Positions 35,422 to 45,605 are shown, numbered from the stretch's first letter. The stretch: 64,000 nucleotides of DNA from an uncultured Clostridium sp. (GCA_964655525.1 CAZZNE010000009.1:46099-110098); one strand, 5' to 3'. Program-made: numbers and translations. Notes: generated by a model not told the origin, from the sequence alone.

Positions 35422-36396
35422 ATGGCGAATCAGATCAAGACAATCGGTGTATTGACGAGCGGCGGGGATGCGCCCGGCATGAATGCGGCAATCCGTTCCG
35501 TTGTAAGAAAAGCGCTTGCAAACGGCGTTTCGGTAAAGGGGATCAAGAAAGGCTATCAGGGGCTTTTGAACGAAGAGATCATCGACATGGATCGGCATTC
35601 TGTCTCGGATATCATCCAACGCGGCGGAACGATTCTCGGAACAGCGCGCTGCTCTGAGTTCCGAACGGAGGAGGGACAGGCGAAAGGTGCGGAGATATGC
35701 CGCAAACACGGGATTGACGGGCTCGTCGTGATCGGAGGGGACGGTTCTTATCGGGGAGCGCAGCAGATTGCGCGTCACGGGATCAATACTGTAGGACTTC
35801 CCGGAACGATCGACTTGGATATTGCCTGCACGGATTATACGATCGGTTTTGATACGGCGGTCAATACGGCAATGAGCGCGATCGATAAGGTGCGTGATAC
35901 TTCGTCCTCCCATGAGCGGTGCAGCATCATTGAGGTCATGGGACGCAATGCGGGTTATATTGCGTTATGGTGCGGTGTTGCAAACGGCGCGGAGGATATT
36001 CTTCTTCCGGAGAAATACGATTATAACGAGCAAAGTATCATCAATAATATCATTGCGAACAGAAAGCGCGGGAAGACGCATCACATTATCATCAATGCCG
36101 AGGGTATCGGGCATTCCACGTCCATGGCAAGGCGCATTGAGGCGGCGACGGGCATTGAGACGAGAGCGACAATCTTAGGCTACATGCAGCGCGGTGGTAA
36201 TCCGACCTGTAAGGATCGTTTCTACGCATCGGTTATGGGCGCTTATGCGGCGGATATTCTCTGTCAGGGTAAGAGCAACCGTGTTGTCGGCTATAAGAAC
36301 GGGGAATTTCGGGATTTCGATATTGAGGAAGCGCTGGCGATGAAAAAGGATATTTCTGAGTATCAGTATGAGGTGAGCCGCGTACTTGCGCAGTAA
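35422..36396 (+). CDS. pfkA: ATP-dependent 6-phosphofructokinase
   Basis: 'IGVLTSGGDAPGMNAAIR', 'GLPGTIDLDI' and 'VIEVMGRNAGYIAL'. Confidence 0.95.
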   Translation: MANQIKTIGVLTSGGDAPGMNAAIRSVVRKALANGVSVKGIKKGYQGLLNEEIIDMDRHSVSDIIQRGGTILGTARCSEFRTEEGQAKGAEICRKHGIDGLVVIGGDGSYRGAQQIARHGINTVGLPGTIDLDIACTDYTIGFDTAVNTAMSAIDKVRDTSSSHERCSIIEVMGRNAGYIALWCGVANGAEDILLPEKYDYNEQSIINNIIANRKRGKTHHIIINAEGIGHSTSMARRIEAATGIETRATILGYMQRGGNPTCKDRFYASVMGAYAADILCQGKSNRVVGYKNGEFRDFDIEEALAMKKDISEYQYEVSRVLAQ

Positions 36397-36499
36397 CAGG
36401 ATGATCCGGCTTGCGCGTCTCAATTTTTGGTGGATGGGAACATCACGGAAAGGGTTTGCCGGGCGCAAACCCTTTTTTATCCTATAGGAAAGGGTTTAT

Positions 36500-37294
36500 A
36501 TGATCACCAGTACGGCGAATAAAAAAGTAAAGGAGCTTGCGGAGCTTTCTGCAAAGGCGAAGGCGCGTGCCGAGGCGGATGTGTTTCTGGCGGAGGGGCG
36601 AAAGCTGTTTATGGAGGCGCCGGATGACCGGATTGTGGCGGTTTATGTGGAGGAATCCTGTTATCATACGGCGGATGCCGTCATGCGGGAAAAGCTGGAT
36701 GCGCTTTCCTGCGAGCTTGTGAGCAGCGAGGTGTTCCGCAAGATCAGCGATACAAAAACGCCGCAGGGCATTTTGACGGTGGTAAAACAGTCTCATGATC
36801 AATTACATGCGTTATTAAAAAGGACGAGCAGCAGGGCACCGTTGTTTCTTGTGCTGGAACAGATACAGGATCCGGGAAATCTCGGCACGATGCTCAGAAC
36901 GGCGGAAGGTGCGGGCGTATCCGGAGTGATCATGACGCGGGATACGGCGGATATTTACAGCCCGAAGACGATCCGCTCCACGATGGGCTCCGTGTACCGG
37001 GTGCCGTTTGCTGTGACGGATGATCTGAGGGAGGCGCTGGAACAGCTTGCGGCAGCGGGGGTGTGTACCTATGCGGCTTGTCCGGCATCCGGCGCGTGTG
37101 TCTATGATGAACCGGACTACCGGGAACCGTGTGCTTTTTTGATCGGAAATGAGGGAAACGGATTACGGGAGGAGACCGTGAAGCGGGCAAATCGCTGTGT
37201 TACGATTCCGATGGCGGGTCATGTGGAATCCTTAAATGCGGCGATGGCGGCGGGAATCCTGCTGTATGAGGCGGCTCGCCAAAGGCGCGCATAA
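36500..37294 (+). CDS. TrmH/SpoU-family RNA 2'-O-methyltransferase
   Basis: 'DPGNLGTMLRTAEGAG', 'FLIGNEGNGL' and 'IPMAGHVESLNAAMAAGILLYE'. Confidence 0.85.
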   Translation: MITSTANKKVKELAELSAKAKARAEADVFLAEGRKLFMEAPDDRIVAVYVEESCYHTADAVMREKLDALSCELVSSEVFRKISDTKTPQGILTVVKQSHDQLHALLKRTSSRAPLFLVLEQIQDPGNLGTMLRTAEGAGVSGVIMTRDTADIYSPKTIRSTMGSVYRVPFAVTDDLREALEQLAAAGVCTYAACPASGACVYDEPDYREPCAFLIGNEGNGLREETVKRANRCVTIPMAGHVESLNAAMAAGILLYEAARQRRA

Positions 37295-37328
37295 GATACG
37301 GAATGCAAAACGGAAAGGAAGAAAATGT

Positions 37329-38123
37329 ATGAAAATCGGTTTTATCGGACTTGGCAATATGGCGAAAGCGATCATCGGCGGCATGCTGGAAAAACAGGTG
37401 GTTGAGCCGGGTGAGCTGATCGGTTCGGCGGCGACCGCAAAAACGCTTGAGGCGGTATCGGAACGATTTGGAATCGAGACGACGCAGGACAACTGTCGTG
37501 TGGCACAGGAGTCGGATATTCTTTTTTTAGCGGTCAAACCCCAGATGTTTCCGCAGGTGATCGCGCAGGTGAAGGATTTTGTTGATGAAAGAACACTTGT
37601 TATTTCCATCGCGGCAGGGAAAACGACCGCTTATATCGAGCAGGAATTCGGGAAAACGCTACGTCTGGTAAGGTGTATGCCAAATACGCCGGCGCTCGTT
37701 GGCGAGGGCTGCACGGGTGTCTGCTATAACCTGCAGGTGACGGATGAGGATAAAACACTGGCAGAAAAGCTGCTTTCCTCGTTCGGAAGGGCAGTTGAGG
37801 TGCCGGAGCGCCTGATGGATACGGTCGGTGCGGTAGCGGGAAGCGCGCCTGCTTATGTGTGTATGTTTGTGGAGGCAATGGCGGATGCGGCGGTGCTCGG
37901 CGGCATGCCGAGGGCGCAGGCATACGAATTTGCGGCGCAGACGGTCTTAGGAACGGCAAAGCTGATCTTGGAGACAGGGAAGCATCCCGCAGAGCTGAAG
38001 GATATGGTCTGCTCGCCTGCGGGGACAACGATCGAGGGCGTGCGTGTGCTGGAACGTCAGGGAATGCGCAGCGCGGTTGTGGAGGCGTTGACGGCCTGTG
38101 TGGAAAAGTCAAAACGGCTGTAG
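37329..38123 (+). CDS. proC: Pyrroline-5-carboxylate reductase
   Basis: 'MKIGFIGLGNMAKAI', 'LAVKPQ', 'RCMPNTPALVGEG' and 'CSPAGTTIEGVRVLE'. Confidence 0.92.
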   Translation: MKIGFIGLGNMAKAIIGGMLEKQVVEPGELIGSAATAKTLEAVSERFGIETTQDNCRVAQESDILFLAVKPQMFPQVIAQVKDFVDERTLVISIAAGKTTAYIEQEFGKTLRLVRCMPNTPALVGEGCTGVCYNLQVTDEDKTLAEKLLSSFGRAVEVPERLMDTVGAVAGSAPAYVCMFVEAMADAAVLGGMPRAQAYEFAAQTVLGTAKLILETGKHPAELKDMVCSPAGTTIEGVRVLERQGMRSAVVEALTACVEKSKRL

Positions 38124-38272
38124 AAGGGGCGGAGAACGGATGGCTCGGCAGGTTGGCTGAGAGATATGAAAATCATTTTTGGTCATATTCTCGAGTTGAC
38201 TTCTGTATAAGTTGTATGAAATAGCCATAAAGTAAATGGAAATTGTGTGAAATTTTAACGAAGGCAGGGAAC

Positions 38273-38301
38273 TTGACAAAAGTTTCCTGCTTTGTTATTA
38301 T
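38273..38301 (+). promoter_or_regulatory. Sigma-A-type promoter embedded in a hairpin, upstream of the cell-wall hydrolase gene
   Basis: TTGACA (38273-38278), a 17-nt spacer, then TATTAT (38296-38301). It overlaps the stem GCAGGGAAC/GTTTCCTGC. Confidence 0.5.
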
Positions 38302-38427
38302 AAGTGCCGTAACATTATTTAATAAAATCGTAATATTTGAAACAAGAAAGCAATAAACTTGTAAGGGAAAGTAAAAGAGCGCACGAAGATTTCGATAAGG
38401 AAAACACAAATCACACGGAGGTTTCAT

Positions 38428-39657
38428 ATGAAGGGAGCAACAGGCGGAAGACTGTCCCGCGCGGCTGTGATGATCATGGCGGTTGTTGTGATTTTAGCGT
38501 ATGTAGCCGCTTCAACGAGTACAGTCAGGGCGGGCGGAACCGAACATGTGGATGCGCTGCAGGCGGGAGCTGAGCTGATGCTGGATGCGGATGCGCTGAG
38601 CGCCGGTGTGGCATTGATCCTGGATACGGAGCTCGCGTTAAACAACGGGGCAGGAGGAGCGCAGGAGGCACCGTCCAGCGTAGAGACAAGGGGGACGCAG
38701 GCGTCTTCAGGAGCAGCGCAGGAACAGGCACAGACAGGTGAGCCGGAGGCGGCGGGCACTGCAGAGAGGCAAACTGCGTTTGTTATGACAAATGTGCAGA
38801 GCACACTGAATGTCCGGGCATCGGCTAGCGAGGATGCACCAATCATCGGCAGACTTTATGCGGACTGTTACGGTGAGATTTTAGAGGTGGGCGACGGATG
38901 GACGCTTCTGCGTTCGGGCAGCGTTGTTGGATGGGCGAAGAACGATTATCTGTTATTTGATGAGGAAGCGCAGGAAGCGTTGGCGCAGGTAGGAAGATGG
39001 ACGGCAACGGTAAATGAGAGCGGACTGCGCATCCGCAAGCAGGCGTCCACGGATGCGGGTATCTACGCGCTGCTTGCCGAGGGAGATATTGTCGATATTT
39101 ACGAAGATATGGGCGAATGGCTCAAGGTCGCTTATGACGGGAGTGAAGGCTATGTGTCCGCCCAATATGTAACGGTAGACCTGTTATGCGCGACGGGAGA
39201 GACGCTGCAGGAGATCACGGAGCGCGAAGCAGCTGAGGCGGAAGCAAGGCGCAGGGCACAGGAAGAGTCGGCAGCCCGCAGGGCGGCGCTCAGCGAGGAG
39301 CAGGCTAATGTCGAGGCCAACTACAGTGATCTGCAGCTTTTAGCGGCGTTGATCTGGTGTGAGGCCGGCAACCAGACGTATGAGGGACAGCTTGCGGTCG
39401 GTGCGGTCGTGATGAATCGGGTGAAACATCCGGCATATCCCAATACAATATCAGGTGTTATTTATGCGCCGGGTCAGTTTACGCCTGCCATGACGGGCAG
39501 AGTGGCGAAAGCGTTGCAGCGCGGCGTGCCGGATTCGTGTACCCAGGCGGCGATCGAGGCGATGAACGGCGTCAGCAATGTCGGCGATGTGCTTCATTTT
39601 AATGTGAAGACTATCCGCAGCAGCGATCTGATCATCGGCGATCATGCGTTTTGGTAA
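38428..39657 (+). CDS. Secreted cell-wall hydrolase: two SH3-like domains plus a C-terminal SleB/CwlJ-type (Hydrolase_2) domain
   Basis: Signal/TM 'AAVMIMAVVVILAYVAA'. SH3-like 'LNVRASASEDAPIIGRL...GWAKNDYL' and 'LRIRKQASTDAGIYALL...GYVSAQYV'. Hydrolase_2 'LLAALIWCEAGNQTYEGQLAVGAVVMNRV'. Confidence 0.85.
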   Translation: MKGATGGRLSRAAVMIMAVVVILAYVAASTSTVRAGGTEHVDALQAGAELMLDADALSAGVALILDTELALNNGAGGAQEAPSSVETRGTQASSGAAQEQAQTGEPEAAGTAERQTAFVMTNVQSTLNVRASASEDAPIIGRLYADCYGEILEVGDGWTLLRSGSVVGWAKNDYLLFDEEAQEALAQVGRWTATVNESGLRIRKQASTDAGIYALLAEGDIVDIYEDMGEWLKVAYDGSEGYVSAQYVTVDLLCATGETLQEITEREAAEAEARRRAQEESAARRAALSEEQANVEANYSDLQLLAALIWCEAGNQTYEGQLAVGAVVMNRVKHPAYPNTISGVIYAPGQFTPAMTGRVAKALQRGVPDSCTQAAIEAMNGVSNVGDVLHFNVKTIRSSDLIIGDHAFW

Positions 39658-39660
39658 AGA

Positions 39661-39762
39661 GTTCAGCCATGAATTTGTCAGAGAGCGAAAAACATGCTTG
39701 CATGTTTTTGCGAGCGGGCAAATTCATGAACGGAGGCGCCTTTGCGAATGGCGCGGCTGAAC
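39661..39762 (+). other. Y-shaped nested stem structure of about 100 nt in the 3' region of the hydrolase gene
   Basis: P1 GTTCAGCC/GGCTGAAC, P2 ATGAATTTG/CAAATTCAT enclosing AAAAACATGC-tt-GCATGTTTTT, and P3 GCGCC/GGCGC. Confidence 0.5.
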
Positions 39763-39780
39763 GATGTGAAGATGTGAAAA

Positions 39781-39820
39781 AAGAAAGAAACTCTCAACAG
39801 GAGGGTTTCTTTTTTTTTCA
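39781..39820 (+). terminator. Rho-independent terminator
   Basis: AAGAAACTC-tcaacagga-GGGTTTCTT followed by TTTTTTT. Confidence 0.7.
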
Positions 39821-39861
39821 AAATGGTGTAAGATAATACACACAGAACAGAAGAAAGGGGA

Positions 39862-40299
39862 ATGGTTATGAATATGACTGTCATATGGCTGATAGCGCTC
39901 GCTGTATTTATCGTGGTTGAGCTTGTGTCGATGGCGTTGACGACGATCTGGTTTGCGGGCGGAAGTCTGATCGCAGCGGTCGCAGCTGCCTTTTCGGCAC
40001 CCCTGTGGCTTCAGATCATCCTGTTTTTTGTGGTCTCTCTGGTGCTTTTGTGGTTTACAAGGCCGCTTGCTGTCCGCTATTTCAATAAGGACAGGGTACG
40101 GACGAACGTGGAGAGTATGATCGGCATGCAGGCGATCGTGACAAGTGAGATCAATAATCTTGAAGGGATCGGCGAGGTTAAGGTCGGCGGACAGGAATGG
40201 TCAGCCCGTACACTCTACGAGGGCATGAGACTTCCGGTTGGCATGGTGGTCGTTGTCAGACAGGTAAGCGGCGTGAAGCTGATCGTGGAGCCGAAATAG
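39862..40299 (+). CDS. NfeD-family membrane protein
   Basis: Two or three N-terminal TM helices plus a C-terminal OB-like 'G.IGEVKVGGQEWSARTLYEGMRLPVGMVVVVRQVSGVKLIVEP'. It is paired with the downstream SPFH gene. Confidence 0.85.
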   Translation: MVMNMTVIWLIALAVFIVVELVSMALTTIWFAGGSLIAAVAAAFSAPLWLQIILFFVVSLVLLWFTRPLAVRYFNKDRVRTNVESMIGMQAIVTSEINNLEGIGEVKVGGQEWSARTLYEGMRLPVGMVVVVRQVSGVKLIVEPK

Positions 40300-40409
40300 G
40301 AAGCAGACAGGTTTTTCGTACGTCAGCACTACAAAAAGCCGGGGGGCTTACATGGAATCAAAATCGAAAATGACTTACCCGAAAGCGGGTAAGCGGAAAG
40401 GGAACAGTT

Positions 40410-41339
40410 ATGAATAATCCTGGAATTATCGCACTTCTTGTTGTACTTGTATTACTCATTATGATCCTTGCATCCTGCGTAAAGATCGTTCCGCAGGCAC
40501 AGGCGTTTGTTGTGGAACGTCTCGGCGCTTATCAGGGAACATGGCCCGTGGGCATTCACTTCAAAATGCCGCTGATCGATAAGGTTGCAAAGAGAGTCCT
40601 GTTAAAAGAGCAGGTTGTGGATTTTGCACCGCAGCCCGTTATCACCAAGGATAACGTTACGATGCGAATTGATACGGTCGTGTTTTTCATGATCACTGAT
40701 CCGAGACTGTTCGCATACGGCGTGGAAAACCCGATCATGGCGATCGAGAATCTGACGGCGACGACGCTGCGTAACATCATCGGTGACTTAGAGCTTGACC
40801 AGACACTGACATCGCGTGAGACGATCAACACGAAAATGCGTGCGTCTTTGGATGTGGCGACTGACCCCTGGGGCATTAAGGTTACGCGTGTCGAGTTAAA
40901 GAACATCATTCCTCCTGCAGAGATTCAGAATGCGATGGAGAGACAGATGAAGGCGGAGCGTGAGCGCCGTGAAGCGGTTACGAGAGCAGAAGGTGAGAAA
41001 AAAGCAAGCGTGACCGTTGCGGAAGGTAAGAAAGAGGCAGCGATCCTTGAGGCGGAAGCAGAGAAGCAGGCAGCCATCCTCCGTGCAGAGGCACAGAAAG
41101 AGAAGATGATCCGTGAGGCAGAAGGTCAGGCGGAGGCAATCTTAAGAGTGCAGCAGGCAACGGCGGACGGTATCCGTTTCTTAAAGGAATCCGGCATGGA
41201 TGATAAGGTGCTGCAGTTAAAGAGCTTAGAGGCGTTTGAGAAAGCGGCGAACGGGCAGGCGACCAAGATCATCATTCCGTCTGATTTACAGGGAATCGCA
41301 GGGCTTGCTACGACCTTTAAGGAGGTCATTACGAAATAA
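40410..41339 (+). CDS. SPFH/band-7 (stomatin-like) protein
   Basis: N-terminal TM, 'VKIVPQAQAFVVERLG', 'TKDNVTMRIDTVVFF' and a 'KAEREREA...' coiled-coil tail. Confidence 0.9.
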   Translation: MNNPGIIALLVVLVLLIMILASCVKIVPQAQAFVVERLGAYQGTWPVGIHFKMPLIDKVAKRVLLKEQVVDFAPQPVITKDNVTMRIDTVVFFMITDPRLFAYGVENPIMAIENLTATTLRNIIGDLELDQTLTSRETINTKMRASLDVATDPWGIKVTRVELKNIIPPAEIQNAMERQMKAERERREAVTRAEGEKKASVTVAEGKKEAAILEAEAEKQAAILRAEAQKEKMIREAEGQAEAILRVQQATADGIRFLKESGMDDKVLQLKSLEAFEKAANGQATKIIIPSDLQGIAGLATTFKEVITK

Positions 41340-41419
41340 GTCTACGGGAGCGTTTGGCGATACGTTGTGCATCTGATAGGAAATTTTCATCCTGAAAGAA
41401 TCACGTAAGTGATACTTCG

Positions 41420-41449
41420 AAAGAGCTGCGCGCAGCGCAGCTCTTTTTT
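41420..41449 (+). terminator. Rho-independent terminator
   Basis: AAGAGCTGCGC-gca-GCGCAGCTCTT followed by TTTT. Confidence 0.8.
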
Positions 41450-41542
41450 CTGCACAATTATTTTTCAAAAGCGAACAAGTATGATTTGCAAATTTGTGCC
41501 GGCACCCAAATTCGCGGGCTGTTGGCGGCATGGAGGATTGGC

Positions 41543-42556
41543 ATGGGTGAAACAATCAGCTTAAAAGGACGTCATTTTTTGACATTAAAGGATTTTACGC
41601 CGCAGGAGATCACTTATCTGCTGGATTTGGCGGCGGAATTAAAGGAAAAAAAGAAAAAAGGAATCCCGGTCGATGTGCTGCGCGGAAAAAACGTGGCGCT
41701 CATTTTTGAGAAGACCAGTACGCGGACGCGCTGCTCGTTTGAGGTGGCGGCGCATGACCTCGGCATGGGAACGACTTATTTAGATCCGTCAGGATCGCAG
41801 ATCGGAAAAAAGGAAAGCATTAAGGATACGGCGCGCGTGCTCGGTTCCATGTATGAGGGGATTGAGTACCGGGGCTTTGAGCAGACGATCGTGGAGGAGC
41901 TTGCCGCTCATGCGGGTGTTCCGGTCTGGAACGGACTGACGAACGAGTATCATCCGACACAGATGCTTGCCGATATGCTGACGGTCCGTGAACTGTTCGG
42001 GCGTCTTGCGGGCTTAAAACTGGTGTATATGGGTGACGCCCGCTATAATATGGGAAATTCGCTGATGATCGTATGCGCAAAGCTTGGACTGCATTTTACG
42101 GCGTGCGCGCCCGAGAAGTATTTTCCGGACGAGGCGCTTGTGGCGCAGTGCAGGGAATACGCGAAGGAGAGCGGCGGAACGGTCACGCTGACCTCGGATG
42201 TGAAAGAAGGAACAAAAGGTGCGGATGTCATCTGTACCGATGTGTGGGTGTCCATGGGCGAGCCGGACAGCGTATGGGAGGAGCGTATCCGCGATTTAAC
42301 GCCGTACCGCGTGACAAGTGAGGTCATGGATCATGCGGGCGAGAAAGCGGTATTTTTACATTGCCTTCCTGCGTTTCATGATCTGGACACGAAGATTGGG
42401 AAGGAAATCCATGAAAAATACGGTCTGACCGAAATGGAAGTGACGGACGAGGTGTTTGAGTCTGCGCGCTCCCATGTGTTTGAGGAGGCGGAAAACCGCA
42501 TGCACACGATCAAGGCGGTCATGGCGGCGACACTCGGTGCGTTTGAGAAGGTTTGA
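41543..42556 (+). CDS. argF: Ornithine carbamoyltransferase
   Basis: '[13 protein letters not shown]', 'HPTQMLAD' and 'HCLPAFH'. GGAGGA RBS. Confidence 0.9.
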   Translation: MGETISLKGRHFLTLKDFTPQEITYLLDLAAELKEKKKKGIPVDVLRGKNVALIFEKTSTRTRCSFEVAAHDLGMGTTYLDPSGSQIGKKESIKDTARVLGSMYEGIEYRGFEQTIVEELAAHAGVPVWNGLTNEYHPTQMLADMLTVRELFGRLAGLKLVYMGDARYNMGNSLMIVCAKLGLHFTACAPEKYFPDEALVAQCREYAKESGGTVTLTSDVKEGTKGADVICTDVWVSMGEPDSVWEERIRDLTPYRVTSEVMDHAGEKAVFLHCLPAFHDLDTKIGKEIHEKYGLTEMEVTDEVFESARSHVFEEAENRMHTIKAVMAATLGAFEKV

Positions 42557-42559
42557 GAA

Positions 42560-43555
42560 ATGGAAGAGACAAAAAAGACGCAGATTCTGAAGCTCCTGCG
42601 CGGCGGGAACTATGTGTCCGGGCAGGAGCTGTGCGAACGCTTCGGCGTATCGCGCACGGCGGTCTGGAAGATCATCAATCAACTGAAAGCGGAAGGCTAT
42701 GAGATCGAGGCGGTCCCGAATCGAGGCTACTGCTTAAAAAGCACGCCCGACGTCATCTCCGCAGAGGAGATCACAAGCCGGCTTACGACCGTGTGGGCGG
42801 GCAGGACGGTGTATTCCTATGGGAAAACAGGCTCTACGAATATTGACGCGAAGCGCCTTGCGGAGGAGGGTGCGCCGCACGGCGCGCTTGTGGTTGCCGA
42901 TACGCAGACGATGGGGCGCGGCAGGCGGGGAAAAGGATGGGAGTCGGAGGACAGCGGGCAGGCAATCTATATGACGCTGCTGCTGAAGCCCCGGATCTCG
43001 CCGGAATATGCTTCCCGTGTGACGCTGTTAATGGCATTGGCTGTCGCGGCGGCATTGGAGGAGGTCTGTGAAGAGCAGTCGGTACAGATCAAATGGCCGA
43101 ACGATGTTGTATTAAACGGGCATAAGGTATGCGGGATTCTGACAGAAATGAGTGCAGAGCCGGGATATATCCATCATGTCGTCATCGGCACGGGCATTAA
43201 TGTGAATCAAAAGGAATTTCCGAAGGAAGTGGGTGAGATCGCCACTTCCGTGCTGCGTGAGACGGGACGGACAAATTCGCGAGCACAGCTTATCGCGCGC
43301 GTGATGTTCTTTTTTGAACAATATTATGAACAGTTCTTACAGACGCATGATCTGTCCGCCGTCAGGGAACAATACGAGGCGCATCTTGCGGGCATGGGAA
43401 AAGAGGTGCGCGTGTTAGACCCCAAGGGCGAGTATGTGGGTATTTCAAAGGGAATCACAAAGAACGGGGAACTGATCGTCGAAAATGCGGACGGAACACG
43501 CTGCGAGGTCTATGCGGGTGAGGTTTCCGTGCGCGGGCTGTATGGCTATGTATAA
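42560..43555 (+). CDS. birA: Bifunctional biotin-protein ligase / biotin operon repressor
   Basis: N-terminal HTH 'ILKLLRGGNYVSGQELCERFGVSRTAVWKIINQLKAEG', then 'GRGRRGKGWES' and 'KWPNDV'. Confidence 0.9.
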   Translation: MEETKKTQILKLLRGGNYVSGQELCERFGVSRTAVWKIINQLKAEGYEIEAVPNRGYCLKSTPDVISAEEITSRLTTVWAGRTVYSYGKTGSTNIDAKRLAEEGAPHGALVVADTQTMGRGRRGKGWESEDSGQAIYMTLLLKPRISPEYASRVTLLMALAVAAALEEVCEEQSVQIKWPNDVVLNGHKVCGILTEMSAEPGYIHHVVIGTGINVNQKEFPKEVGEIATSVLRETGRTNSRAQLIARVMFFFEQYYEQFLQTHDLSAVREQYEAHLAGMGKEVRVLDPKGEYVGISKGITKNGELIVENADGTRCEVYAGEVSVRGLYGYV

Positions 43556-43570
43556 AAGGAAAGGGAAGAT

Positions 43571-43927
43571 ATGAGCGAGTCGCGAACAGTTTTATGCGGG
43601 GCGAACGCCTATGATAAAAAATATTATTTTAACAAACAGTTTGAAAAGCTGCCGCAATCCATACAGGAGGAGCTGCACATTATCTGTGTTCTGTTTACGG
43701 AGGAGGTCGGCGGGATTTTCACGATCGGCTTCGAAGAGGACGGCAGTGTGACGATGAAGACCGAGGCGGCGGAGGAAGATTATCTTTACGATGACATCGG
43801 GAGCGGACTGTTAGTCAGCGAGGTGCGGCGCAAGCGCAAGGAGCTGTTTGAGTCACTCAGCCTGTATTACAGGGCGGCCGTGCTGCATGAGGACATTACG
43901 GCGGAGCTGAATGTGCAGGGGGAATGA
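43571..43927 (+). CDS. Conserved hypothetical protein (118 aa, acidic)
   Basis: ORF packed tightly between birA and dusB. No family recognised with confidence. Confidence 0.6.
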   Translation: MSESRTVLCGANAYDKKYYFNKQFEKLPQSIQEELHIICVLFTEEVGGIFTIGFEEDGSVTMKTEAAEEDYLYDDIGSGLLVSEVRRKRKELFESLSLYYRAAVLHEDITAELNVQGE

Positions 43928-43931
43928 AGCC

Positions 43932-44888
43932 ATGCAGTTAAAGATCGGGAATGTAACGCTTCCGAACAATATTATACTTGCACCGATGGCGGGCGTGACG
44001 GACTTACCGTTCCGTGTTCTGTGCGCGGAGCAGGGGGCGGGCATGGTGTGTATGGAAATGATCTCCGCAAAGGCGCTTTCCTATCACAATAAGAATACCG
44101 AGGAGCTGCTGCACATCTCTCCCAAGGAGGGGCTTGTATCCCTGCAATTATTCGGTTCGGAGCCGGAGCTGATGGGCGAAATGGCAAAACAGATTGAGGA
44201 GCGTCCGTTTGCGGTGCTCGATATCAACATGGGCTGTCCCGTGCCGAAGATCGTCAATAACGGCGAGGGGAGCGCATTGATGAAAAATCCTCTTTTGGTG
44301 GGAAAGATCATTGAGGCGGTGGCGCGTTCGACAAGTAAGCCGGTCACGGTAAAAATCCGGCGCGGTTTTGACGATGCGCATGAAAACGCGGCAGAGATCG
44401 CGCGGATTGCACAGGAGTCCGGCGCGGTGGCAGTCACAGTGCATGGCAGGACGAGAGAACAATATTATGCGGGAGAGGCGGACCTCACATGCATCCGTGC
44501 CGTGAAGCAGGCTCTGCGCATTCCGGTCATCGGAAATGGCGATGTGACGGATGCGGCGTCTGCGAAAAGAATGTTGGAAGAGACGGGCTGTGACGGCGTG
44601 ATGGTCGGCCGGGCTGCGCGGGGGAATCCGTGGATTTTTACGCAGATCGCGCGGGGGCTTGCGGAGGAACACTTTGAAAAGCCTGACCGCGATGAAGTCA
44701 AACGCATGATGCTGCGCCATGCTGGTATGCTTCTTGAAGAAAAGGGAGAATATATCGGTGTGCGCGAAATGCGTAAGCATGTGGCGTGGTACACGGCAGG
44801 ATACCCGAATTCCGCCGCGATGCGGCGCGCGGTCAACGAAGTCACGAGTTACGCGACGCTTGAAAAGCTTCTTGACACAATATGGTAA
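43932..44888 (+). CDS. dusB: tRNA-dihydrouridine synthase
   Basis: 'ILAPMAGVTDLPFR', 'DINMGCPVPK' and 'AVTVHGRTREQ'. Confidence 0.9.
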   Translation: MQLKIGNVTLPNNIILAPMAGVTDLPFRVLCAEQGAGMVCMEMISAKALSYHNKNTEELLHISPKEGLVSLQLFGSEPELMGEMAKQIEERPFAVLDINMGCPVPKIVNNGEGSALMKNPLLVGKIIEAVARSTSKPVTVKIRRGFDDAHENAAEIARIAQESGAVAVTVHGRTREQYYAGEADLTCIRAVKQALRIPVIGNGDVTDAASAKRMLEETGCDGVMVGRAARGNPWIFTQIARGLAEEHFEKPDRDEVKRMMLRHAGMLLEEKGEYIGVREMRKHVAWYTAGYPNSAAMRRAVNEVTSYATLEKLLDTIW

Positions 44889-44975
44889 ATGTGATATGAT
44901 ACACGCGCTTTTATGATACGGCGATATGACCGACGCCGGATTTATTATTTTGGAAAAGGGAAGAAGGATATCGGA

Positions 44976-45461
44976 ATGGAAGGGAAAAAGAACATTTTAA
45001 CGTATGAGGGGCTGCGTAAGTACGAAGATGAGCTTCACAATCTGAAAGTGGTAAGAAGAAAGGAAGTAGCGCAGAAGATCAAGGAAGCGCGCGAGCAGGG
45101 AGATCTGTCCGAGAATGCGGAATATGATGCGGCGAAAGATGAGCAGCGCGACATTGAGGCAAGAATCGAAGAACTCGAAAAAATCCTGAAAAACGCCGAG
45201 GTCGTGATCGAGGACGAGGTGGATTTAGACAAGGTCAGCATCGGATGTAAGGTGCGCATTCTGGATTTGGAATATAATGAGGAACTGGAATACAAGATTG
45301 TCGGCTCGAGCGAAGCCAACAGCTTAAAGGGGAAGATTTCCAACGAATCACCGGTCGGGAAAGCGCTTTTGGGTGCAAAAATAGGCGACAATGTCAGCGT
45401 TGACACTCAGATGGGCGTGGTAAATTATAAGATACTGGACATTGATAAGTCCAAGGAATAA
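44976..45461 (+). CDS. greA: Transcription elongation factor GreA
   Basis: '[17 protein letters not shown]...[19 protein letters not shown]' and the C-terminal '[18 protein letters not shown]'. Confidence 0.93.
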   Translation: MEGKKNILTYEGLRKYEDELHNLKVVRRKEVAQKIKEAREQGDLSENAEYDAAKDEQRDIEARIEELEKILKNAEVVIEDEVDLDKVSIGCKVRILDLEYNEELEYKIVGSSEANSLKGKISNESPVGKALLGAKIGDNVSVDTQMGVVNYKILDIDKSKE

Positions 45462-45516
45462 AAAAGAATGGCGTAAAGCGCCATTCTTTCGAAGAAATGC
45501 GGGAGGCATTTCTTCG
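45462..45516 (+). terminator. Two adjacent stem-loops after greA
   Basis: AAAGAATGGCG-taaa-CGCCATTCTTT, then CGAAGAAATGC-gggag-GCATTTCTTCG. The first is nearly identical to the terminator at 17750-17781. Confidence 0.7.
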
Positions 45517-45605
45517 AAAGACAAGAAAATTCCTACAGGTTTTCAGGTTAAGAAAAGACATGACGGACGTGAATACACATAAATCAGGGCAGGAGATTTT
45601 AGAAT

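Noticed and set aside
37236-37328. An upstream extension of proC overlapping the end of the methyltransferase gene. Similar N-terminal extensions in the ORF track occur for nagA, yggS, the acyltransferase, murA, metK, argF, dusB, greA, the GT4 gene and others.
   Set aside because: The extensions are R/C-rich, lack an RBS and overlap upstream genes. Internal ATGs with GGAGG-type RBS restore the canonical N-termini of each family.
39651-39884. A 61-aa (+) ORF and a 68-aa (-) ORF between the hydrolase and NfeD genes.
   Set aside because: Both are generated by the nested palindromes and the terminator. Neither has an RBS or a protein-like composition.
41481-41500. An ARG-box (ArgR/AhrC operator) upstream of argF, suggested by the palindrome ATTTGCAAAT.
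   Set aside because: The half-sites do not match TGAAT/ATTCA of the ARG-box consensus. Only a generic AT-rich palindrome is present.
45462-45605. A T-box leader upstream of the class I lysyl-tRNA synthetase, as known for Bacillus cereus lysK.
   Set aside because: The spacer is only about 140 nt and is taken up by two terminator hairpins of greA. No specifier-loop/T-box (AGAGA...GGUGGNACCGCG-like) sequence is seen.
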